A DNA stretch of 64,000 nt from the human T2T-CHM13v2.0 reference genome, Homo sapiens: NCBI RefSeq assembly GCF_009914755.1, contig NC_060948.1; one strand, written 5' to 3'. This document shows positions 43,316 through 55,590 of this stretch, one piece after another. The position numbers and the translations under genes were made by a program. The notes beneath the pieces were generated by a model that did no database searches, was not told the origin of the DNA, and saw only the letters and a program-made list of their open reading frames with translations. Numbering within the stretch: position 1 is the stretch's first letter; each line of letters begins with the position of its first letter.

Positions 43316-46300
43316 ACTATCCCATGTAGTTGATTTTAATGTAACAATCCAAAAATAAATGTCAGAGTCAAGATGTGGTAGATAGATTTAAAACTAACAT
43401 ATTCTGCAGTTGGAAATGAAATGCGATAGCACATACATTCACATTAATTCTTTTATACATTTAGAGATGTTGTAAAAATGTATAGGCAGTGTACACAGCA
43501 GTACTCAAGAAGCCAAGGAAACACGTGTGTAGTGCTAAGTGTTGCATATATGCTTCTGACAGTGGCTAGGTATAGTGGTCCAGCTGATTATTTCCTTTCC
43601 TTCAGAGAGTATACCGTTGATACTTACACTTGCAAAAAGTTGTAAGGCAGTTTTTAGGAGAGTTGTCAAAGAAAAGCCAGGATTACATTAACATTTGTAC
43701 TCATCCTTTTAGATGCATCAAAGTTCTCTGTTAGAGCAGTAAAAAAATTGAACAGACCATTGATGCATACACATATCAATGTAGTACTTTGGTCATGGCA
43801 GTTGCTTTATTTGTATTATATATTGGAATTCTTAGTAATGCTTGTTTTGTGGGTAAGGCAAGGTGGAGGAAGTCACAGAACTTTTGTAAACAGTTTGGAA
43901 TTGTCCTGGGCATGGTGGCTCATGCCTCTAATCTCAGCATTTTGGGAGGCTGAGATGATATACCACAGGAGGCTGGGAATCATCTCTTTGTTCCCATACT
44001 AAGATCTTACTGTAAAATAGGTAATGTCCACTGAAAAGCAGGTTATAAAACCTTTTCTAATGCTAAGCACTTGAACAATTTTGTTCCATTCTGAATTAAC
44101 TTTAAGCAAGTAATTCTAAGCTTTTGTCTTGTGTCCTTGTGTGAAATAGCTACCATCATTTTTACCACACTTATTTGATTTTTACAATAAAGATATTTGT
44201 TCAAGATTGTGGTAGTTTAATATTCATTTTTAAAGTGCCGCCAACCACAGCTGTTTTTGTTCCATTTCCCCTATCGGTAGTGTCCAAACTAGTATGATGT
44301 CTTAACCTGTTATACAGCCCTCATATTAAAACAAACTAAATCCCAGAGCTATGGGTGCAGAAAAAGGTAAGACCCATCTAGAAATCTGGGAGTAATTTCA
44401 GTATTTTTTACTATGGTTGTTCCTTCCCTTAATGAGCATATAATCCTGAGTATTATGATGAAATCCAACCAAGAGCAGCGGGGTGAGTGACAGCAGGAAG
44501 ACATGGCCCAGCTGCACAACAGTGGCACTCCAAAAATAACCTTTCCTCCAGGCTAATGAAGATGAGGTAGGAACTAGTAATCCACATCCTGTGTGTATAT
44601 TAGTAAAGTTTAGTGCCAAATTTCATGTATGGCCAATTATTTGAAGGAGCTGGAAGGAAAGTGGAGCGTTAAGTGGGACTTCCGATGTTGCCTGCAGAGA
44701 ACAGTATTTCAGGCGTGAAGCGGTGAAGGAGAGCACTGGGGCACATGGGTAGGACTGTCAGCTGATAGATAGGAGCTGATCATGAGGAAAAATAAGCTGG
44801 CAAAGCTTGGATCTAGTAGGCAATTTCCCCTGAAGGCTCTTTAACATAAAAGGAAAGAAATTAAATCAGTCTTAAAATCAGGCTCCCCTTAGCACATGTG
44901 CATTAGCACTAAGTTTGTTATCTGCTTTAGTGCTCCAAAAGTGATCCAGAAGAAATGTGCATATGGAGTTTCATTCTCTTGTTATAGCCGAAATTTCCTA
45001 GGATACTTCCTTTGGCATGGATGTAGATACTGCCAATCTCTGTCTTCTTCATGCTGTACTTGTGATCTTTAACTTTTCAGTCACTTCAACACTTCCTGCT
45101 TGTCAGTCCAGAGTTCCAGAAAGCGCTGACTGTCCAGACACCACCTTTCACTCGGTAACACACTGGGGCATTTCTCTACTTATAAATTTACTACTCAGCA
45201 TGACATGTTTATTGCAATAAAATTTACATGGTGGTGTCTTAATATAGAAGTGAAAACTTAGGTTTGTACAGAAACCTAAATAGTTTTGTTCTAAGATAAG
45301 AAACAGTAGGAATGTTTTATCTTCAACTAGGAAACTTTCCCCAAGGATGAAAGTTAACAGAAATATTTATTTAATTGTAATGGAATTGTAATTTTGTATC
45401 TTCTACTCTGCACATTGTAATTGTTACATAAGTTATCAAATGCACATTTTTCTATTCTTCAACTTCTGCAGTTAGCCTTTTTTTTATAAACTGAACTCTC
45501 TCTATGGAAAAGTTTTCCATTCTTTGCTTGCATCTAGCTGGATATATGAAAGACTGTATGGAGCAACATCTGTACCACTGGGAACCACACTTCCTTCAAA
45601 CTGTGGGGCATCATCTATGGTTCTTCTGTCCAGGGTGGCTCTGCAGCTGCTTCTGACTGATCCTGCTGCCACGCTCACCACCTGCTTTGTTCTCCTGCCA
45701 TTTTCTATTGTGATTTTTATCAAATGTTTCCAGATGGCAATATTGGGTGGGGCCAGGAAGAGAAATGTTTTGATGTAAGTTTTCAAAACTCTGCTCCCTA
45801 TATGAGAGCCACCTCCCCTCATCCAGCATGTCTTTTCATACCTCCATCACTCCCCAGTGGCGGGTCTCATCCACATTCAGTCCAAGCTTCGGTTAGCTTC
45901 CTTAGAATCAGATAGTTACCGACTGCACAGAATGTGAACATCCACAAGAGACCACAATTTGCTTTATCAAGTCTGATCATTGTAGCAAGGATTTTTTTTG
46001 AAACAAACACAAAAATCCTTGAGAGCAAATCACTAAACAATGTTCAGTAATAGAGGAGACACTAAGTAAACACATGGCATAATAAAGATGTCTTGATTTA
46101 CCCTCTGACAAAGTACAACCCTTCTTAGTATTTCCTCTGAGAGTGATAAGGTTAGCTTGTGTCTTGTGTGAAAAAGGAATGGTTTAACTTCAACTAGTAG
46201 ACTTTCCACAAGGGTGAAGAAAGTAACACAAATAGTAACTATCCCAGTAGTGGAACTGTAATTTTGTATCCTCTACACACACATTATATTTGTTAAATCA

Positions 46301-46626
46301 GTTATCAAATGCAGATTTGTCTTTTCTCCAAGTTCAGTAGTTAGCCTTTTTCTTAAAGCTGAACTCTGGCTATGGAAAGGCTTTTTATTCGTGGAGAGCT
46401 TAAATTTAGCAGGATGTGTGACAGACTGTAAGAAGCAACTCTTGTGCCACTGTTGGCCCTCCCTCCTCCTGGGGCTGTGAAACATGATATATGGTGGTAG
46501 AAGTTCATTAATGGCGTGTAAATCATGGAGAAATTGCTAGTGAGAATAATTCTAATGATATGTGGAATGAAAATAAAAAAGGTGAAGTCATTTTGAAAAG
46601 AATGAAGAAGTAAATTAAATAAGAAT

Positions 46627-47133
46627 GCATTGAAAATATGATAGATTCTAATCTTTCATATCTAACATTATTGTTTTAGGAGATCATTTTGTTTCACCAA
46701 GAATACAATGCTAATTGCATAAAACTCATATACATATAAAAAGTAGTATCTGATTTTTCCAGGAAAAAAAATCCAAGTGTAAATTCTATAGTAGTCAAGT
46801 TTCTTATTTTAATTATAATTTAAGTCTTGGTCATCTCTTTTATTAGCTCTCTAATTTACATATGTAAATCAAAGAAACATTTTCAGAAAACCATTACAGT
46901 TTATAAATGTAAGATGCCATTATTGAGAAAATATATTCCTCCATGAGTGGATTTGTCCCATCTCCCATCAACTAATCACACAGCCATATCCATTCATTGA
47001 ATTTTATTAGTAAGTAATACACTGCTACAAACACTAATTCTCTTCTCCATGTCCATGTTGATTTTGTGTATACGTGTGAGTTGGTTAGAATGCATCTGCC
47101 TTATCTCTAACATTCAACAGCAAGATGAGCTAG
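46627..47133 (-). pseudogene. RAB9A: RAB9A relic: 3' UTR plus the last codons (SSSCC-stop)
   Basis: Minus strand CTAGCTCATCTTGCTGTTGA (stop at 47114-47116) then gatgcattctaaccaactcacac...aaaatcaacatgg...ggagaagagaattag, matching the recalled RAB9A 3' UTR; position tail-to-tail with TRAPPC2 as on Xp22. Confidence 0.85.
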
Positions 47134-48819
47134 AAGTCACATTTATATGAATGATTGACTCAGACAATTAACAGATCATTTTAAGGAACTTGGTAAAATC
47201 ACAAATAATTTACTATCTAAAACTAAGTTCTATGGCCACACATTCCTGTAATGAAAGTGTTATTTGTATTATTAATATATACCTTTGGGAGAAAATAAAT
47301 TTTACCCTTTACTCTTCCTGCTCTGACCACCCCTGTGCTTTCTTTTTCTCAGCCTAGCCTGACTACATCTGAGATGTTGGGATAATTTTAGTAGAGTAGG
47401 AGCATATATTATACAAACATAAATACCATATTTATTTTAAATGTAAAAGTATCAAACCTAAGAATTCACAAAAATTTTGTTTTGCACAATTTAACTTGAG
47501 ATTTTAGTTGCTCATACATGACACATGGTTGGTTTATGATATAACCTAAGTTTAATTTTAATTGCCAAGGTTCAGTATATATTTATACATCTTAAGGCAT
47601 TTAGGCACTGTGTTTTAGGTTTTAGGAATTCTTGCGTTTGAGAAAACTGAGTCAACACATTTGCATCATTTTGTGTACCATTCCCTGTAAGGCCCCCGAA
47701 AATACTCAAGAATCAAACATATTAATATTTCTATGAAGAGAAATGGATATTCCCTTTAAGCCTGAATGTTACATGAATGCAGACTGAAACAGCTTCCCTC
47801 AATTAAGGCTTTATTACATCAGAAATTGAGTTACATACCAATCTCATTTTTAAAAAGTCTTGCTTAATTGAGCTTTTTGAATTTCAGATAAAGTATTTTG
47901 AATCTGTCTTAATTATGATTTTGAAAACACAGTACAGAATAACAGCCCAGGTTGGATACAAAACATCATAATGAACAACAAAAAAAATACAATACAGGGT
48001 GATCTTCTGCCTATTATAGGGCATATGTGACTTAGATTTGGAGAGTAGAAAGCATCTTGCAGTTGAAAAGGGTTGCTTTGTTAAGTTGATTTTTTTAAGT
48101 AGACAGTGGGTACAGACTTAGTATTGACATAACTTGGCTTTTTAGCAATTATGTGAGATATTCAGTGTGACTTGATAAACCATCAGAGGATAAAAAAAGG
48201 CATATATTAGTAACATCTCACTGGCTATAGCATAGAAAATTTCACAATATACCACAGTAAGGAAGTATTCAAAATTATCTGTAGAAAAAGACTGTGGGTG
48301 CTCTACATTAGAAAAGCTGGCAATGTAGAACATATGTGTGGACAGATGTATGAGCTCTTAATGAGTTAGAATAGGCAGGGGTTACCAACTGGATATTTGA
48401 GAAAGTGGAGTAGGAAAGAGATGTTAACACCTCTGTCCTGGGTGTGATTTGATAAGCTGAGAGAATAGTAATGCAATTTACTGATAGAAAAAAGTGAACC
48501 TGTTTGAGCAGATTGCCTTTTAGAAACATACGGGACACCAAATAAAAAATTGCAATGGATACAAATGTCCAGAATTTGGAATCATCTAAAAGCATACATG
48601 TGTTACTACAGAAGTAACAATGAAAAACAGTCATAGAAAGTAATGTACTAGAATGGAAACTTTTTTTAAAAAGTTGATGTTATCATGGCAGACAACATTA
48701 AGTTATCCAAAAGCAGTCCGTAGCCTCTAAGTAGTTAGTTTAATCAGTATGTAAGAGAAGAGTTTTTCTTTTTTATTTATTATTACTATTATTTGTGGGT
48801 GTGTGTGCATGTGTGTGTA

Positions 48820-49015
48820 AGAGGAATTCTCACTCTCACCCAGGCAGGAGTGCAGGAGCGGAATCTCGGCTCACTGAAACCTCTGCCTCCTGGGTTCAAG
48901 CAATTCTCTGCATCAGCCTCCTGAGTAGCTGGGATTACAAGTGCCTGACACCATGACTGGCTAATTTTTGTATTTTTAGAAGAGATGGGGTTTCACAATT
49001 GTGGCCAGACTGGTT
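48820..49015 (-). mobile_element. Partial Alu
   Basis: ctcactctcacccaggcaggagtgcag...ctcctgagtagctgggattac. Confidence 0.85.
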
Positions 49016-51006
49016 TTGAGAAAAATGATAATTTTAAAGAACTATGTTTATGCTAAACACAGATCTTGAGCATTCTTCTAGAATTCTTAGTTGTGTCATC
49101 TGCAGTAAAATAAGCCTAAGAATTGCACCAAAATTAGTTTCCCAACTCTGCCAGGAGATTCAAAGTGTTATTGTTATAGGATTCTAGAGACAATCATACT
49201 ATATATCTGGAAACTCTATACACACACACCTACACACAAACACACCGTTTTCACTCAATAGACATTATAATAAGCACAATGAAAGCCTGATAATAAAATA
49301 AAGTTACTATGAAGCTGTAGAACAAAATAATTAAAGGCATAAGATAATTTTAAATTTAAACAACTGAAATATTAGATTTTAGCAATTAAAATTTTCTAAT
49401 TGTTCTTTGGTCCACCATCATAGATTTCAAGCAGATAATTAATGTTGTATGAATGACATTGAGTTCCTATCAATGGAAATTAATTTATACCATTTAAAAA
49501 ATTGTTTGTAGTCATATATTGTTTACTATGTAACTTCTTGTATTTGCTCTAAAGTAAGGCTAAATCACATCTTAGCCTCATCTCATCCAAGGAGGTGATT
49601 ACAGTAAAGGTATACATGTTGGGTTAATGTGGAAAATAGTTGATGTGGATTAATGTGGGTTTCATGTATAAATTTATTATTCTCCTTATTAAGATAAGCT
49701 TGGAATCTTTTTTTCTGATGAACATTTAGTCTATTCAATAGGCAGTGTTCAACTGAGATCAACACTGTTCAAGGCAGCAGATAACAATATAGGCAAATAC
49801 AATATTAATCCAAATTTCACATGAAAACTTTTGATGCTATTAATAATGTGGCAAATGACATGATTTTTACTTTATTATAATTTTTAAGAGAATAAGATAA
49901 TGAAATGTGTACTGTTTAAGTGTTACAAGAAGCCTCTCCATGTTATTCTTTACCTGAAATTAGATTATAAAAATTACCTTTTTCAAAAGAAATTTATATT
50001 ATAAATGTTCCTATGGCAAAAAGAAAAAAAACCTGGCCTCTGACTTGGAATCTAATATCATTTTATTAAGTAAGATACATGGTAGAGAGAAACAAACTAT
50101 TTTATTTATCTGTCATGGTAATGACAAAAAAGACAGAAGTCTTTTTTTGTGATTTTTAATATTGACTCCTAAGAACAGTAAAAAGTTGGCAATGTAAATA
50201 TGTTGCAATTTAGCCAGCTCTGAAAGAAAATGACTGATCATTAGCAAATCAGGAAAATTTTATTGTTGCCATTGAAAATTGCTTTACCCATCGTGTGTGT
50301 TCATTTACTATCAGAATTGAAATCAATTTTGTACTGCCAATTAATATTGCTGTTTTATTATCATGAGATTCTTGCTTTACATTCTAAAATGTTGTCTCTG
50401 AAAAATGAGTGAACACCAAGTAAGTTTTGTTTTTTCTTTAAAAAGGTAGTCATAAAATGCTACTCATATTTAGTAAAAGTAATGAGGCGAGTGGGACATG
50501 GTGGTGCATTTCTCTAATCCCAACTAGGTAGAATGCTGAGGCAGGAGTATTCCTTGAACCCTGGATGTGAGGCCTCATTGAGTTATGAGCTATCATCTTG
50601 TCACTGTAGTCCAGCCTGGGCCATGGAGCATAATCCTAAGTATAGAACAAAAAATAGAACCATGAAAAGTAATATAGCATTACAGTTTTTAATTCGCTAG
50701 TAGTAATGCATGGATAGTATATTTAGCCAAAACATTTTAAATTGGCAATACACCAAGAGGTCAGATGTTTGGGTCAGATTGCTAGCTAGCTCCTCAACTG
50801 GCTAAATCTGTAATAATTGGCAAAGTATTTGACCTAACTGTAATTGATTTTTTATTTGTGGATTTACTAATGCTACCCTCTAAGGAAACTAACTCTGATA
50901 TTAATTAGATTACCTCAAAAACTTGTTCTGAATGGCACATATTAGACAGTAAAACATTAGCTACTACTACATATTATCAATTATTTTCATCTGCTTATTT
51001 TTAAAG

Positions 51007-52176
51007 CTCATAGTGCACACGATAAAATTCCAGAAGACCGAGAATGGCTGTTAGATACAATAGAATGCTCTAAGAGTCACTATCAAAAATGAGCATATCA
51101 GTGCATAAAATGTGTGGTAGTTTAGCAGTTATTTCATTGTTTACCGTAGTGTTTTTTCTTACAATTTTGTAGAAGCCTGTGTCAGAATTAAGAACTTTTT
51201 TAGAAGAGAATAATCATGGATGATTGAAATTAACATTTTAAGCTGATACTGAAAATTATTCTAAATTCTATTACATTTCTATTTGTATTTTCTTTCAAAG
51301 GCTAATGGAAGTCTTAAAAAGAAAATGGATACTTCCCTGCCAGGGGAGATACCGTGATCATGAAGGTGGCTTTCCCAGGGAAAGGCCGATATGTTGCACT
51401 CTAGATGTGCTGACCCGTGAGATTTCCCCAAATGTGGGACACTCAAATGCATAATTGGTGGAAGTGAAGGACTGTGTTTGTGCTTTCACATGGGAAAAAA
51501 AAGAGAGAGAAAATAAAATTGAGTCATTTAGTGGATATAGAAAATTGAAAGGAAACCACATACTGGAAACAATTCAATATGCCTACAAAAATTGGTGTCC
51601 TCCAGTACAAAACAATACAACATCAAATGGTTATTTCTTAGAAACATCAAATAGTGCTAGGATGACACTCGCAAATGCTTGAGAACTTTGTCTAGATGAG
51701 GTGGCTGGGGGAAGCCCCCAAAAGGCCGCAGATAAATCTGGGAAAAACAGAGGTAATTTTTAAATGCATAAGCCAATGTTTATGTATTAATATTGCCCTT
51801 AAAAATATTTACTTTGTGAAATGATTAGCATTGGTTTGTTTGTTCTTAAAAAGTAGTTTCCTTTTGGAAGCAACTTGTGTGAAATGGCCTGAAAATTATG
51901 TAGCTAAAATAATTCAGATTTTTTCCCTAAATTATAAATCATTTGAGGAAGTGTAAACATGTTATAGATGTCAGCTTTCTTGTATTTCTTAAAAGTTTAT
52001 TCTAATGAAGAAAATAAAATATAAGGTATAAAGTTACTTTTATAATCAAATTTTCAATCTTTTTAAATATTTAGAATTTGGAGCCAGTTGACCACGATGC
52101 TTTAGATGGGCATAAGACCTCTCCAACAGAAGATACTCCATTATATCCTCATTCAACAGGCTCTATGTATCAACAG
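51007..52176 (+). pseudogene. USP9Y: Unprocessed USP9X/USP9Y fragment, three near-terminal exons (51007-~51150, 51301-51700 interrupted, 52081-52176)
   Basis: [36 protein letters not shown] vs [37 protein letters not shown]; [36 protein letters not shown] vs [37 protein letters not shown]; [32 protein letters not shown] vs [32 protein letters not shown]. X or Y origin not resolved. Confidence 0.92.
51329..51492 (+). pseudogene. RNU1: Full-length U1 snRNA retro-pseudogene with A-rich tail
   Basis: atacttccctgccaggggagataccgtgatcatgaaggtggctttcccaggg...gatttccccaaatgtggga...gcataattggtgg...gtgctttcacatg; 164 nt, colinear with U1. Confidence 0.95.
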
Positions 52177-52691
52177 GTTAAATAATAATAATAATAATTT
52201 TTCAAAACTCATTTTGATGATTTACTTATATGGTCTTCAATTATTATTTTATTACATATTTTGTAACGTATCAGCTGTGACTGCAAACTAAAAAAAAAAT
52301 TCTAGGACAGCTTTGGCAAGACGATCAGAAGAAGAATAGTTTAAGTGGGGTCATCTTTTATTTTACCCTTGTGATATTTTCTTTGTAATTAGGTACTACC
52401 TTGTCTTAGTTCATAAAAATGTGCAATATTTCAATAGAAGCATAAAGCAATTTATTTAGTCTTTCTCAAAATCCAGTGGCAGTAAAACTTAACAATTTTA
52501 CCAGCTTTAATACAAAATTTACTACAAAAAGTACTGAACAAAAATGTAAATAAAATCAATGTATGAGCAATGCTAAGTTAAAACAAATATTTGTGTTACA
52601 ATATTTTGGGAAGATTAGCCACAATGTGAGTAATGCAGTTTTCTCTTTTCTTCCCTCTTTTCTCTTTTCTTCCCTTCCCTTTCCATTTCTT

Positions 52692-52785
52692 TTCCTTCCT
52701 TCCTTCCTTCCTTCCTTCCTTCCTTCCTTCCTTCCTTCCTTCCTTCCTTCCTTCCTTCCTTCCTTCCTTCCTTCCTTCCTTCCTT
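52692..52785. repeat. (CCTT)n microsatellite in an Alu tail
   Basis: Pure ccttcctt array; source of the FLPS and KEGR ORF artefacts. Confidence 0.95.
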
Positions 52786-52839
52786 TCTTCCTTTCTTTCC
52801 TTTCTTTCTCTCTTTCTTCTTTTCTTTCATTTGTTCTTT

Positions 52840-53113
52840 TAATGGAGTTTCACTCCTGTTGCCTGGGCTGGAGTGCAATGGTTGTGATCTTGGCTCACTA
52901 CAACTTCCACCCCCTGAGGTCAACCGATTCTCCTGCCTCATCCTCCAAAGTATCCGGGATTACAGGCATGCATCTGGCTAATTTTGTATTTCTGGTAGAG
53001 ACAGTGCTTCTCTGTGTTAGTCAGATAGTTCTAGATCTCCTGGACTCACAATCCACCCACCTTGGTCTCTCAAAGTGCTGAGATTACAGGTGGTGAGTCA
53101 TTGCACCCAGCCA
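52840..53113 (-). mobile_element. Alu
   Basis: atggagtttcactcctgttgcc...caaagtgctgagattacagg...gcacccagcc. Confidence 0.88.
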
Positions 53114-54184
53114 GGTTAATCATTTAAAGCTTGTCTTGTGCTGTAACATTTAGCATGACTTCTCATCAAGTTCATGTAGCCAAGGGATGGAATTACCTAA
53201 ATCACAGTAGTTGCCCAGAATAGCAGCTGTATTGCTCAGAAACCTTATTTTTTATCACCAGAAAAAATAGAAAACGGGAAAATGTAAAAAACAAGCATAT
53301 TTTAATTCTAAAACGTTCTTCACATTTAATCTTTGATAGTTTAATTTCTTGTTGAGATAAAGAATCTGGACATATTTTTAATAGAAATTATAAAATATTA
53401 AAATCAATATGCACAATTTTCATATGTCACAATGTGTGGAGCATAGTAGATTATGTTTTTGTGTTGGGGCACTTTTGTGGTAGAATGTATTAAGTGATGC
53501 TTCTAAAATTTGGTTTCATCTAACCCCAGTGAAGTGCATATTATCAGAATCCACAGTACCTTGAAGTACCATTGCGCCAAGATTTCTGACAGCTTTGCTA
53601 GCCAGTGACAATTTTCCTTGAAAGCAGTAAGTCTTCTAGTTTATTTCTATATTATTTTAAAGCTTTTGTTGTTAGATGTAGGGTTTACTGAAGATATAAG
53701 TGCCTTCTGATTTTAAATAATACATGTAATTTTTTATTTGATGTAATATCTCAATGCCCATTGTTGGAAACAATAGGATATGAAGTGTGTTGCATAGCTT
53801 GAGGAACAGCAATTTGTTTGTTCAAATTGGTTAGAATATACTATGTTTTTATCTTTTTATAGTACATAAGCAGTAGCATCGACCACTATGAATGCAAAAT
53901 GCAGTCTACGTTAGTCAAGACCTATAAATATACCATCAGGGCTACTGATATTGGTACATTGTAATCCAACTATGTTATGGCCCTTCCTATTTGGCCTATT
54001 GTTATTTGCAGTCTACATTTCTCTTCTGGCCTAGACTTAGATTTTGGAATTTCTATTCCTTAGAGAGTGTAAGAGAAATATGTGTAGATTAATCCTAGCT
54101 CTGCATTACTGCTGCATCTCTACAAGTTTGCCACCTCAAGTGAATGCATCATGTTGTCCTGGTTCTAATCACCTCCCAATCATC

Positions 54185-54700
54185 CTGGAGAGGATTCTTC
54201 AAATGGAAATCAACATGTCCTTCTTTAATGGACCCCTTAAATTATTACTATTAAGCAGATGTCAGGATGTGACTCAGCCCATGGAAAGTCCATATGTCAC
54301 ATACTGGTATCTGCTTGAAAGTCCAGTTTTCTATTGATCACATGACCAGAACATTAATGACTATTTACTACCCATGAATTCAAATATTTGCCTTTATAAA
54401 ATAATGATTTAATGTTTTTATTGCTTCATTTAAAAAAACAGCATGCAGTTTAATCATTGAGCTAATTTGCTCATTCCATCTTAGGTTTGTCCGTTCATTT
54501 CTGGTCTCTATGAAAGTCTGCCAAGAAGACATTGTTCATCCACCTTGAAACTGCCATTCGTCAACCAGGCATGTTGTTGTTAATCAGGAGCTCTTCAAAG
54601 GGCATTGCCCATGTAAGAGTGAGATCCGGTAATTCCTGAGGTGTTTCCAAACTTGATGCTAGAAAATACCAGACTACTTGCTGTTGAACAGGATGAGCAT
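54185..54700 (+). pseudogene. Possible highly decayed HSFY-like relic
   Basis: Colinear short matches to recalled HSFY: LLESP (~54310), VVNQELFK vs VINEELFK (~54575), FQT/DA vs FQTDA (~54645); weak and heavily disrupted. Confidence 0.35.
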
Positions 54701-55139
54701 CTCCTTGTACTTCCCTGGTAACATTTTACTCTATAAAGCCATCTTTTATGATATTTTGGAAGCCTTCTGAGCACTTCCTCATTAGATTATTTCCTTAATT
54801 TCCCCAACACATTATAGGTGTTGCAAGTTTTGTAATTATTTTATGGTCTTCAGTCAAAGAAGCAGTCTCAACACCAAGGCAAGACAAGCTAGTAATTATC
54901 TTTCCAATGGCAGCTGTTGTTTCATGGCATCCAGGAGTGCCCTGGATCACAATTTCCAGCTAATGATGAAGAGGGGCATGTGTGGGCTTTCTGCCATGGC
55001 CTCAGTCTGCCCGAGAACATGTTGAAAGTACTTCTAAATCAGAATTTGGATCACAAAAGCCCAATGTGTAGACAGAAGGAGCATTTTACCATTCAGAAAT
55101 GGCCAGATTTAGTGAAATTTCTTATTTAAATAGACCACA

Positions 55140-55590
55140 ATTTATTGTTTTTCAAATTGATGAATTATAATTTTACATATTTACAAAGTAGAACTATTAT
55201 TTTTATACATGCACACAATGAGTAATGACCAAATTTTTAAATGCCCTATTGGTAATTTCTGTATTAGTAATTTCAGACATACATGACATAATTGTTTAAA
55301 CAGCTTTCCACATCCAAACTTCTAGTTATTTTGAAATCCATAATAAATTATTCATACCTATATTCTCCCTCCTATACAATCAAACTTTAGGACTCATTCC
55401 TTCTAACTGTATTTTTTACCCATTAACTAACTTACTTATTTGTTCGCTCAATATCTTTCACAGCCTATAATAATCCGTCATTCTATTCTCTACGTCCATG
55501 AGATCAACTTTGTTATTTCTCACGTATGAATAAAAACATGCAATCCTTGTCCTTTATATTTCCTGGCTAATTTCACTTAACATAATGTCC
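55140..55590 (-). mobile_element. Old L1MA/MB 3' end
   Basis: ttctagttattttgaaat...attctattctctacgtccatgagatcaactt...tttcacttaacataatgtcc. Confidence 0.78.

Noticed and set aside
43560-43710. Possible GPM6B or other minus-strand exon ending in GTAAGT
   Set aside because: Translation matches no protein I recognise; a donor motif alone is insufficient
49804-49819. attaatccaaatttca resembling the start of HSFY exon 2
   Set aside because: Short AT-rich match, wrong order relative to the putative relic, does not extend
47200-51000. Further upstream USP9 exons, and the terminal exon after 52176
   Set aside because: No convincing peptide match found by eye; needs tBLASTn
51329-51492. Functional variant U1 snRNA gene
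   Set aside because: A-tail, insertion within an exon, no room for a PSE promoter, mutated Sm site and 5' end
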